Assembly: GCF_000743755.1 (NCBI RefSeq) | Contig: NW_014569482.1 | Location: 1-41,217 of the forward strand | Reading direction: 5' to 3' | DNA length: 41,217 nucleotides | DNA from: Blastocystis sp. subtype 4 | Taxonomy: Eukaryota | Shown here: positions 13,045-23,709 of the stretch, in pieces | Numbering within the stretch: the first letter of the stretch is position 1 | Layout: each line of letters starts with the position of its first letter | Position numbers and translations under genes: made by a program | Notes under the pieces: generated by a model | What the model saw: the letters and a program-made list of their open reading frames with translations, nothing else | The model's database searches: none | What the model was told of the DNA's origin: nothing

Positions 13045-13886
13045 GAAGGCTTTGGCACGAGAGAGTGGAGCTAACTTCCTTTCGATTGCTACGTCTACAA
13101 TATTTAACAAGTACGTAGGTGAAAGTGAGCAGAACACACGCGCTATCTTCACTCTGGCTGCTAGACTCTCTCCTTGTGTGATCTTCATTGATGAAATTGA
13201 TTCTATTCTGAGTTCACGTTCCTCAGGGGGTAGCAGTGAAGAATATACACGAAAAGTGAAGAATGAATTTATGTCATGTTGGGATGGACTGCTAACTGAT
13301 GAGAATCTGCGTGTAGTTGTGATTGGATGCACGAATCGTCCGTTCGATCTTGATGATGCTGTATTGAGACGTTTCTCACGCAAATTATTGGTTGATTTGC
13401 CTGATGCTGAGCAACGTGAGAAGATTTTGAAGGTGATTCTGCGCAAGGAAAAGCTGAGTGACGACGTAGATCTGAAGGCGATTGCAAGCGATACAATGAC
13501 GAAGGGCTTCTCTGGAAGTGATTTGTACAATCTCTGTCAAGCAGCTGCTTATATGCCCGTACGCGAGATTGTAGCAAAAGAAGAAGCAGAACCAGCAAAA
13601 TCGAATGAACCAAAAATGGATTCGATGGGATTATTGTCATTGGATGATGAGGATGATGAAAATGGAATGGAAGTGGAGGATAAAGAGGAGATTAAGGTAC
13701 GTCCATTGACAATGAAGGACTTTGAAAAGGCTTCGAAAGAAGTGGGCTATAAGAGGGAAGGATGATACATAGATTACATTCAGTTTCGAAGAGTCGAATA
13801 GTGTTATTCGAGCTATTCGTGAGTGGAATGAGAAGTACGGAGACAATGGATCTCGAAAGTCCGACGACCTATCCTATTATATTTAA
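8565..13886 (+). CDS. Large AAA+ ATPase (MSP1/spastin clade) with Lys-rich N-terminus and FHA-like domain
   Basis: C-terminal AAA module: VGFDDVGSL, GLLLFGPPGTGKT, VIFIDEIDS, VKNEFMSCWDG, TNRPFDLDDAVLRR, EWNEKYG, TAA 13884-13886. FHA-like segment near 9300-9570. I saw no internal gene-end element, so this is called as one gene; N-terminal exon joins are less certain. Confidence 0.75.
10437..10600 (+). repeat. Intronic minisatellite, about 6 copies of a 26-31 nt unit CTTCACTCATTCACTAATCATTCTCC
   Basis: Exact copies at 10461-10486 and 10487-10512, with variants on either side, inside intron 10405-10615. Confidence 0.9.
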
Positions 13887-14038
13887 TGGATCTGTGTTTG
13901 TTTGATTTTGAACTATTACCTTCAATAGGTAATTATCTTTCGACCTCAAGTTAAAAGAATTTGATTGGTCCATTTCAATTGCAAAGAAGTGTCCATCTTT
14001 CATCTACGCGTTGAAAATTAGATCGATAAAGGAGTTTA

Positions 14039-14433
14039 TGTCAAGGATGTTCTCCGGAACATTCGGATCTATTCGTTCATTTGGTCTAAAGAGAGCGGGT
14101 AGTGATCTCATCTATTCATGCATTCCAAGGTATTTTATGTATTCCATTGAATTACTTCTGTAGAGTGAATAGTTCGTGGCCACACTGTGGTCTTTGTAAC
14201 CAACGTATTACTCTTGACAAAGAGATTTTTATGTAGAACCATTACAATTGACTAGTAATGATGTAGGTTTGGAGACACTCCATTTTGTTCGGAGAATTGT
14301 CGGTCTCTCGCCATTACCGCAGCAACTCGTCTTTTAGCCCACTAATGCTGGCACCGAAGTAGGTCTATCGTAACTGTTCTCTCGTTGTTCCATACCATTC
14401 TTCATGTAACCGTTATTCGTTGTTCGTTATTTT
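14039..14433 (+). CDS. Small hypothetical protein, possibly with a mitochondrial-type presequence
   Basis: ATG 14039 gives MSRMFSGTFGSIRSFGLKRA (Arg/Ser-rich, no acidic residues), then short GT..AG segments and TGTTTGTT at 14438. The downstream frame is unresolved. Confidence 0.3.
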
Positions 14434-14665
14434 TGTTATGTTTGTTCAACCATCAGGAATCGCTTCTTATCAAGACAGGATGTTTGAACTTAACTGTTTC
14501 TTTGAAGTACCGTAGAATGGAGATATGATGTCAATAAGGTAATTTCCAGCTTTTCAGGGTCATAGCATTCGTATTGAGCACAATAATCACGTATGGACTA
14601 ATAACCTGTGCGTCCAATCGTTTGTCCGTTCTTCTTGCTTCTCCCATTTTTTCTCCTCTTCTATC

Positions 14666-16443
14666 ATGATACGTTCTTTTACTAAAAATCATAAGCTATT
14701 AACTGCATGCACTGCAACTGCTGGTGTGGGGGGTCTGTTTCTCATAAAACGGGAGAATCGGTATTTCAGGTTGTCTCCTTTCTGATATTTAGCTTGAAGG
14801 TGAGCGATGCGATGGAAAGGGTCTCTCGAACAACTTACTTTTTGGGGAATGCAGGAATCATCGTCTATGACTATTGGTATTCCTTCCGAAAAGTCGATAG
14901 GGGTACCCCTGAGTATGAAGCCCTGGAACATGAGATTAATGAGCGAACAGCCAAACGACTTTTTCGTATTTGCGAGTAAACTCTATATCTTCTTTCCATT
15001 TTAGTCATCTTGGAGGTTATTTTGCAAAGTTTGGTCAAATGATTTCGTCCATGGAGAGGAGTATTCCTCCCGAATTCGTCAAGGAACTCTCCAAGTGTCA
15101 AGACAATCTTAGTCCCGTTCCCTTTTCTGAGTTTGAGCGAGTTATTAAGGAAGATTTGGGTATGAAACCTGAAGATATTTTCGAAAGAGTGGAAGATGTT
15201 CCTATTGGCTGTGCTTCTCTAGCTCAAGTCCACCGTGGTACTCTAAAGACGGGAGAAGATGTGGCTATCAAAGTCCAGTATCCCACTGTTGCCCGGAATA
15301 CACAAGTTGATCTTCGAAACATGGAATTTGTAACAAAGCTTTGTGCGAAGATATTCAAGCATTTCCAATATGATGTAAATGTGTTTGAAGTGGTTCACTT
15401 TAGTGGATTGTTCCGAAGTTGCGAAGTACTGTAGAGAGTGAGTTTGATTTTAGCGAAGAACTCAATAACATGGAACAATGTCGAGAGTTCTTCCTTCCTA
15501 ATCCATCAATCTATGTTCCAAAGGCATATCGTGAATACTCATCAAAACGAATCGTTGTAATGGAGTATATTGATGGAGTCAAAGTAAACGATCTGAATGG
15601 AATTAGGCAATCTGGATTCAAGCCACACGACGTTGGTATGCTGTGCATCCAAGCATTCAGTGATATGATCTTCCGATTCAATAGCGTTCATATGGATCCT
15701 CATCCCGGTAATCTACTTGTCCGGCCGATTCCGGGTACTCACAATCCGCAATTGGTGATTCTGGATCATGGAATGTATTATCATTTTAGCGAGGGATTCA
15801 ATGAGCGTTTTAGGAAGATGTGGTTAGCGATGATTCAGCAAGACCATGAAGCAATGCGAGAGAGTTGTAAACCATGGGGATTGGAAGATAGTGCGGAGTT
15901 CTTATCAATTATGTTCACGGGTCGAGGAGGCATGATGAATCGTAAGTAGGAGTTTGGATATGGATTTGAGGAGTAGAATGGGTGAAGAGCTTACAGATGA
16001 GGAGAAAGAACAGATGAGGAAATTCAGAGAAGAACAAATGAAGAAACGTGATATGGAGAAGATGCAGGAGCGAATGGAGAAAATGCAGGAAATGATGAAA
16101 AAGATGCCGCTGGAGATGAATGCTGTGATTCGGAATCAGATGCTGGTAAGGATTATGCTTGCTTGTGAAGAGTAGTTATCAAATCTGATCAAGGTACTAG
16201 AATGTTCACAGTATGAAAAGCTGACAGTGATGACTGAAATGGCAGTTCGGTAGGTATCTTGGGATGTGTGATGAATGAGTAGAGGAATGTATCGCGATAT
16301 TGATGGGCATGTGGATTATTTAGCATTGTTGAAGTGGAAGTTCTATCTATTAGTGTTGAAATGGAAGCTCATTTTCCATGATTTGATGGTTGATTGGTAC
16401 TACAGATGGTATCTTAAACGAGCTACCCTTACTCTACCTAATT
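14666..16443 (+). CDS. ABC1/UbiB atypical kinase (ADCK1/5-like); stop predicted to be completed by poly(A)
   Basis: LGGYFAKFGQ, PIGCASLAQVH, VAIKVQYP, VMEYIDG, HMDPHPGN, ILDHGMY. In-frame T at 16443 lies 4 nt before TGTTTGTT. Confidence 0.9.
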
Positions 16444-16447
16444 CGAT

Positions 16448-16464
16448 TGTTTGTTCAACAAACA
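16448..16464. terminator. Bidirectional 3'-end element TGTTTGTT-C-AACAAACA
   Basis: Perfect inverted repeat of the element between the convergent kinase and tryptophanase genes. Confidence 0.85.
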
Positions 16465-16493
16465 ACATAGATCACAGATCCCCTTATATAAAC

Positions 16494-18153
16494 TTACTTG
16501 GGAATAGGCAAGGGCGCAATTCCAGATTGGAAGTGACGAAGTCTGAGTTCAGCTCCTCTAACAACCTTTACTGGAGGAATTTCGTGTCTGGCATCATATA
16601 CAGCCTTGCAAGCCTTGACAGTATAGTTGATATGTGAGTCATTGAGCTGGTTACGAGGTACAGCGAAACGTACCAGGTTCAATACTCCCTTCTGCTCTTC
16701 CTTGGTCTTCTGATCATATTCAAAAGCGAAAGGACCCAACTCGCAAGCACGAATACCATAGTTACGGAGAAGTTCAATGCAGAAACCAACTCCAGGGAAA
16801 GACAGAGGAGTCATGTAGGGAATACCCTCGAAGAATTTGTCCATATCCAGATACACAGCATGACCTCCAGAAGGCAAAATCACAGGCAGTCCTTCCTTGG
16901 CAAATCCCTCAGCCAAACGACGCACCTGATCAATACGACGCTTCAAATAGGTGAGCTTCTGAACCTCGAACATACCCACAGCGCAACACATCACATCACG
17001 TCCGCTCAGACCTCCATATGAATCGTTACCATACTGAAGAATCTGCTGCTCCTTAATACGAGTTCCGATCTGCATCTTCTCCGAAGAGAACTTCTTGCTG
17101 AAGAGACCACGGTCTCTGAAGGCAAGAATACCACCAATATTGACCAGACCATCCTTCTTCAGGGACATGGTGAAGGCATCAGCATACTTGAAACACTCCT
17201 GGAGAATACGAGGAATTGACCAGGTCTTGTAGGGCTCCTCGAACTCCTGAATGAAACGAGCATTCTCAACGCATCGGCAAGCATCGAAGATCAGAGGCAG
17301 ATCGTACTTCCTGCAGATGGCACTCACTTCCTGGATGTTAGCAAGAGACACAGGCTGGCCAGCACCAGTGTTGTTGGTGATAGTCAGCAGGACGAAAGGA
17401 ATCTTCTCGACTCCGTGTTCCTTGATAACCTCCTCAAGACGCTCGCAGTCCATATTGCCCTTGAAGGGGTTCTCAGTCCAGATCTTCTCCACTGGGAAAG
17501 GATCATAAAGGTTCTTGGCGAAGAGATTCATAGGCTGGAACAGGTTGTTACGAGCATTTCCTTCGGTTGTATCAAAGAAACCATTGGAAGGAATGGTGTA
17601 CTTGACCTTGTCTCCAGTGCGTTCATAGAGAACCTTACGAAGAGTAGCGTACAGAAGATTCTCAGCACAACGACCCTGAGGACAGATGAAGAAGTTAGGA
17701 CGCTCCAACTGGTACACACCTCCATTCACAAAACCTCCTTCGCAAGGAGCCAAGAGCTCCTCAATCAGCTCTTCATTGGTGGCCTCATCAGTCAAGACCT
17801 TGTAGACCAGTCTCTTCTGGTTGTCACCACGCTCGAACAGATCACGAGCAGCATCAAGGAAGCAGTAATATCCATGATTTCTTCCATAAGCCTCATCTCC
17901 ACGCATTAAAGCACACCACTGGACATCAGTCATAGAGGAAGATCCAGAGTCGGACAAATAATCAACAGTGATCATGGGAGAAGGGAATGAGAACATGTTG
18001 TACTCAGTTTTCTCCAGGATACGGCTTCTCTCTTCCACAGTACAGTCACTAGAGTCACAAAGACCCAAGTAAATCCTACCGAGTATTACGAACGACGTAC
18101 TGATAGGCGGTTGGGACAGGACAGTTCAGGGACTCAGCTTTAGCAAAAGGCAT
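16494..18153 (-). CDS. tnaA: Tryptophanase / tyrosine phenol-lyase family PLP-dependent beta-eliminating lyase
   Basis: DYLSDSG, GDEAY, QGRCAE, FDTT, ITNNTGAGQPVS, DACR, PLP-lysine motif TMSLKKDGLVNIGG, YGGLSGRD, GGHAVYLD, LRHF. One 5' intron and ATG at 18153. Confidence 0.9.
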
Positions 18154-18317
18154 GGCTTATACACTCACAATCAAAGAAATAATGAAGAGTATCTAAGAAT
18201 CATCACGAGGGAAACGTGGAACCCGGATATAATGTTTCTAAAGGACCTAATTCCTGAGAAATTGGCTGCTTCGAAAAATGAGTTTTGGATTGTGATGTAC
18301 ATAATTGGATCGTTGTC

Positions 18318-19799
18318 ATGACGTCATCTTCTAGACGGTTTAGACTGATTCATGTAGAAATCGAGAGCATATTAAATGGAGAGATGTAAGAACATAATGG
18401 TTCTTGGATTGTTGTGAGAACACTAAAACAGTATTGTCGAAACACAGTTTTGAAGATATTCGGTATGGTGTACCATTTCTTCCTGAAGTTGCACTCTTCA
18501 CAAAATAGGTGTATCTCCATAGAAACACATCTAGACTGTGGTGATAGGTTTGTGGATCCTATTGTGTATCTCTTTCACGAACAGGTAGATGGAAGTAGAT
18601 TTCATTGAACAAGCTTGGCACTAACAATTGTACGATGAATTCTTCAAAGAAGAAGTACATGTATTTTTGAATTTGTTAAATGTAGGATCAAAGGAAAACG
18701 AATATTCCAATACGGGAACTACGATCGGTAAGGAGATGCCAATTTCATCATTTCTAGTTATTATGGTTACCGACTATCTCTAACAGACAAGGAATCAAAT
18801 TCGGATAAGGTTTAGGTTATCTATGATGGTGATGCTTAGGTGTGGGCAGATCCTCGATTGCTCATGCTAAAGAAACAATACTTTCGAAAGAAGATTGTGT
18901 TAGATATTGGTTGCAATGCTGGTTATTTAACGATAGCGCTAGCCCATCAGTTTCGGCCTCGTATGATATTTGGAATCGATTTGGATGGAGTTTTAATTGC
19001 AAAGGCTCGTAAGGTACTGAGTTTTCGTGCCAATGAGTTGAGTACGTTCCATATCTTGGAATGAACTGTAGTGAAGAAGAAGATTGCAGACGTATCTAAG
19101 CGAACTGCAAAACAAAAGAGAGATGATTTCTCTGAGGAAGGGAGTGAAAGTGATGAAGAGAAGCAGCTCTTATCGTTTTCCCACTATCATTTTAAGGAAG
19201 TGTCAATTTATGAGGATTCTAACCAGACTACCATAATAAATGAAACTCTTTTCAAAAACTTTCCCTACAATGTATACTTTAAAGTGGAAAACTTTTTGAC
19301 TGATCAACATTCTATGAGACAATATGATACTATCACTTGGTCGATTTCTCTCTTTTTTCTCATTCCTAGCTTTTCTGTCACGAAATGGATCCATCTGAAT
19401 TGGGGTGATAAGGGCATTCTCTTACTGTTTCTGAAAGTATATGCTCTCCTCAAGCAACATGGAATTTTCATTCTTGAGTATCAGCAGTGGTCCTCCTATC
19501 ACAAGAAGTGTCACTATTCCAAGACTCTGGAGGATAATTATTCTACGATCAAGATTCATCCAGAGGAATTCCCATTAATTCTTCAGAAGATGGGGATGCA
19601 AATGATTTCGAATCGTCGTCCCACATTATCACCGGGTATAAATCATTCTGTGACCAAAGGATTCAATCGGAATATTGCAGTGTTCAAAAAATCTGGAAAG
19701 GAGGTAGATTTTGATATCCACCAGGTGACTCTGGATAATCTGGAATCGTTCATTCCTCTTCAAGAGTATTTAACCATTTCTGTCCCTCCTGTAAAATAA
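18318..19799 (+). CDS. MEPCE: Bin3/MePCE-family RNA methylphosphate capping enzyme (start uncertain, alternative ATG 18635)
   Basis: FQYGNYDR-YYGYR, DPRL, SAM-binding VLDIGCNAG, GIDLD, FPYNVYF, FSVTKWIHLNWGD, ILEYQQWSSY, GFNR. Confidence 0.88.
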
Positions 19800-19801
19800 G
19801 G

Positions 19802-19816
19802 TGTTTGAAACAAACC
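19802..19816. terminator. Overlapping bidirectional 3'-end elements (TGTTTGAA on +, GGTTTGTT on -)
   Basis: The + element starts 4 nt after the T of the MePCE TAA. The - element starts 4 nt after the in-frame TA of the Rab. Confidence 0.7.
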
Positions 19817-19820
19817 CAAG

Positions 19821-20544
19821 TAACAGCAACAACCCTTCTTTTCCTCAACAGGAGCCTGTGTCGCAATTGTCGTAGGGCTCGAAGAAGACGTTGGAGCATT
19901 TGGAATAAAGTCATTACGCTTACGACTAATAATGCTAGTCGCCATTTCAGTAAAAAGAGCATCGATGCCCTCGCCTGTCTTTGCAGAGGTATAAAATACA
20001 CGTGCATGGATTGATCGAGCATAATCTTCGATAGAACGCTTGTCTATTCCCGCATTCTTGTCCATTTTGTTACATGCCAGAAGTAGTGTGACTACATTAA
20101 AGGAAGTAACCAAATCTAACATTGTCGTCCAGCGTTGTGTTGGTTCAACTCTCGTAACCATCCATCTAACACTCCCATTGTTTCTGGACGTGATGCATCA
20201 AATACGATGACAGCTACGTAATCAAGGGAAGAGAAGCAGTACCTCCATCTACATCCTTATAGTACAGAGAACTCATGGATCGAAACACCTCCTGACCTAA
20301 GGATCATCCACTCGAATGGGAACTACCGGCAGTATCCCAAATTTTCATGGTAACTGACATGTTTCCCGATGTTACAGTTTTCATCAAAAATGAGGCACCA
20401 ATAGTCGTTATTGAATTCTCTACGAAGCGTCCTCGTACATAACGAACGGATAGACACGTTTTCCCCACATCTACGCTAACAAGGCAGAACCAACCACTAA
20501 CCCGGAGGTCCTATTACAACAATCTTCGATTCAATAGAATTCAT
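19821..20544 (-). CDS. Rab GTPase of the Rab5/21/22 group; stop predicted to be completed by poly(A), ending KKGCCC
   Basis: KIVVIGPPDVGKT, TTIGASFL, IWDTAGQE, LYYK, CNKMD, TSAKTG; several ~30-nt introns. Confidence 0.9.
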
Positions 20545-20736
20545 TGAGCCGAAAAAGACAATGCGGATACATGTTTTCTTTTATCTCGAATGCAGTCGTG
20601 GGTGAATCGTCTCTCTCCTGTACTAAAACGAGTGAGGAGGTTTTCATATTCGAATATGCGAGAATCAGTAGTGTTGACGAGTTCCCTTTGACAATTTGAT
20701 TGACAGCTAGATGAGAATTGCAGTGAAATAGAACGT

Positions 20737-21825
20737 ATGCTAATGGATAACGGAGAGAATCCCATCGATCTTGAAGGTAATTGTCTGTCTGTATTATGAT
20801 TTACAGTATCAGAAAATGTGAAAGAAGAGTCTTTGAGCCGAATCTTAGAGACATGTCAGAATGCTCGTATTGAGGGACTCTCGTTGTTTAGTACTGAGTT
20901 TTGTATTAGTGTAAATATCCAGACTACCCTATGAAGGAACGTATACTGGACTGTTTATGTGCAGCCATATCAAGCAAAGGTTTTACAACTCTAGGTGAAT
21001 TGAATTTAGCTAGTATGCATCTGAGAGTGGTTTCTATTCTCTAGATACAGGAATTACTAGTAATCAGCTCTCTTTGTTGCTAGCTGCAATGAGTAAATCA
21101 GACCTTCATTTGTCTTCCTTCATGCTTGACTGTATTTGTGATGTGGGAAATTGATCCAAGCTCTTCCTTCATTGAACGGAAGTCTCACCTTTCTTACGAC
21201 TTATCCCAAATGCTTTGAGAAACTTCATTTCTTCTGCTTGGATTGTTTGTCTTTTCGTTTTACTTCTCTCTAGGCGATGTATTGACGGATGACTCAATTC
21301 AGCCACTTTTATCAATCCTCCAGCAAGACATCCTATCCAGTCTTCGGTTCTTTTATATCCGAGAGAATAAGATCAAAGATAAAGGAGTGATTCAACTGAT
21401 TGATGCACTTAATGATTCTTGTCCGTCACTGCGATCTCTTGGATTATCTTGTGATATTTTCTATTTTTGATCCACTCTAGATAATGATATCTCTGATCTT
21501 ACTCTCAAGAGACTGATTCAACTCTTTCAAGATAATGGTCTTTCCTCTCTTACCGAGCTTCAAATTCGCTGTAACAATTTTGTCCCTTTATCCATGTAGC
21601 CTCTTCTTTTTCTCCTCTTCTTCTCAATAAGATGGTAACTACCTTTTGTCGAGGATCATTGCCATTGGACAAAGAGATTAGTCAATTTGGTGTGTACCAG
21701 AGACCTTAATGAATCAGGGAGTACAGTATTCAAATGAGTGCTGTGAAAGAATGGAAAATCAGTCTATGTATATAGATATTGGCTTCTTGTCTTTTATCAT
21801 TCAAATTAGCTGACTAGTGAAGGCT
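20737..21825 (+). CDS. RNI-like leucine-rich repeat protein (ends approximate)
   Basis: Repeated LxxLxL segments separated by introns, such as LRFFYIRENKIKDKGVIQLIDAL, LRSLGLS, NDISDL and LTELQI. Confidence 0.6.
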
Positions 21826-21893
21826 ATTCTATTTGTTCTAAATGCGAATCTACACATTCCCTTTCATAATCACTTATTCTTCGTTAACCGGAG

Positions 21894-22414
21894 ATGCAGA
21901 AAACAGAAAAAGTAGATCGTGAGAATGTGGGCTATGGTTCAAGTGGTTAATTGTTGCAGGTTTGTCCCTTTTTGATTCGAGTATTCATTCGCAAGAATGA
22001 CAATTTCAGGTAGTTTTAGATACGCCAGAAATTGTAATATCATAGAGAATCCGAGTTTACTGTTAATGGTGGTGTTCCTCGAGACTGCGAGATAAATATT
22101 CACACCTGGTTTGTCTCTGCCCTTATTCTAATCATTTAGGAAAGATGCGACGCTGAAAGAACTCTGCACTCTGATTAAACAGGTAAATGAGGATGCTCGT
22201 CGGAGATCTTCTACTCTTGAATTTACATCATGGTAGGGACTCCTTTCGATGTTAATTTTCCAGTTTTGTTGGAAGAGAAGGTCACTTCCAATTCCGTCAG
22301 TTGGGACGAGTTTGTGGTGCCCGACCGAGCAGCGATGACCGCATCACCCTTGAAAGATGTCGGTTCCAACCTGGAGATCATCTGTGCGTTGTGATTCGAG
22401 ACCGAAGTATCTGA
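21894..22414 (+). CDS. SAP18: SAP18 (ASAP/PSAP and Sin3-associated subunit)
   Basis: VDREN-VCPFLIRVF, IHTW-KDATLKELCTLIK, DDRITLERCRFQPGDHLCVVI. TGA at 22412-22414 and TGTTTGTT at 22441. Confidence 0.9.
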
Positions 22415-22486
22415 TATCTCCTGTATTTAGTACTGTATCCTGTTTGTTACAAGGGATATTGTCACGAATCAAACTCATTCCTGTGA

Positions 22487-23581
22487 ATGAATCCATTTGA
22501 CAGTGTCGATAAGGTTGTAGTGGCTGAAGACTCCTCTTCGGAATCATCGTCAAGTGATGATTCTGTCGATCATCTTCTACAGGCTTTAGTTCCTAGTTCG
22601 TATGAACATTGAATGTGTCATGAGATGAAGATCATCACGAGATGATTTGGTTGTGAAGAAAGATGATGAATCTATTGCTAAGAGTATCACAAAGATCGAG
22701 GACATCCGAAAGACGGTGAGTCAAATAAAGGATGTCAATTCAACCTTGGAGAAACTTGTCCACACCTACGAATCGACCTTCAGTCCTGATGATCGACTGA
22801 TCGTTCAGAAGAAGATATCAAACGTTATTGAACGAGGCAATTCAATTGCTGCGAGTAGTCGTGTAAGCTATTTCATCAACTACTATGTAGTTCGCCATTC
22901 AAACCTTAAAACTTGACTATAACAATCGACTGCGAGGAAGCATTTCAGCAAGTGTTTACAAGTTTGATTCCAGAGATTCTGTAACGTCTAGTTTGTATGC
23001 ACAGTCGTATGCGTCCATTGCACACTCCTTTGTCGAATACATTTCTGAGTATCAAAAACTACAACAACGCTATGAGCGACAATTGCAGATGAACTATCGG
23101 CGGCCCTCGTTTCTTGAATCTGCCTCTGAAGAGAAAGAGGGACAACATCAGATTGTCATAAGAGTCATATTGTGTGATCTATAGCAAATTGAAAAGACTG
23201 TGCCACATCAACTGGTCGAGGCATGTATTGAGAGTCAGATGCAGTATCGAGTACAATTGTATTTTGAATTCCACTGCAGGAAATTGAGAAGATCCAGAAG
23301 AGCATGAGGGAAATCCAGCAGATGTTCTTTGATCTCGCTCTTCTTGTTGATGAGCAAGGTGAACTCCTAGACTATGTACAGATCAATGTAGCATAGAAAG
23401 AAGGATCAAATCTAGATCGACACAACGTCAGAGCGAACGGGACAAACAGAAGTAGCACTTCGTCAGGCAATTGAGCGAATGAAACGAATGCGGAAACTGA
23501 AGTGTTGTATTATTGGAACGATCCTTGTGTTACTCATCATTGCTGGTTTTTGTGCTTATTTATTTGTAAAGTCTCTCCTAT
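22487..23581 (+). CDS. Syntaxin (Qa-SNARE); stop predicted to be completed by poly(A)
   Basis: Habc-like helices, SNARE motif EIEKIQKSMREIQQMFFDLALLVDEQGELLD, basic juxtamembrane stretch and C-terminal TM. In-frame T at 23581 lies 4 nt before TGTTTGTT. Confidence 0.88.
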
Positions 23582-23709
23582 TTCTTGTTTGTTGGAATCA
23601 TGTATTTGGATATTTCTCTCGGTATTTCAATTGTTGCATTTGCCATAATTTCGTCAGGGATTCGGTATACTGAATCCTTTTGATTTTCCTTTCAAAATTA
23701 ACTATTATT

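Noticed and set aside
16444..16637. Apparent coding overlaps of convergent genes (also 3489-3676, 19760-19820, 31430-31485)
   Set aside because: Better explained as untranscribed read-through past stops created by poly(A).
21810..21837. Poly(A)-created stop in the LRR gene (T21825 before TATTTGTT)
   Set aside because: The last-exon frame is ambiguous and an earlier TAG at 21773-21775 could end the gene, so it was not counted.
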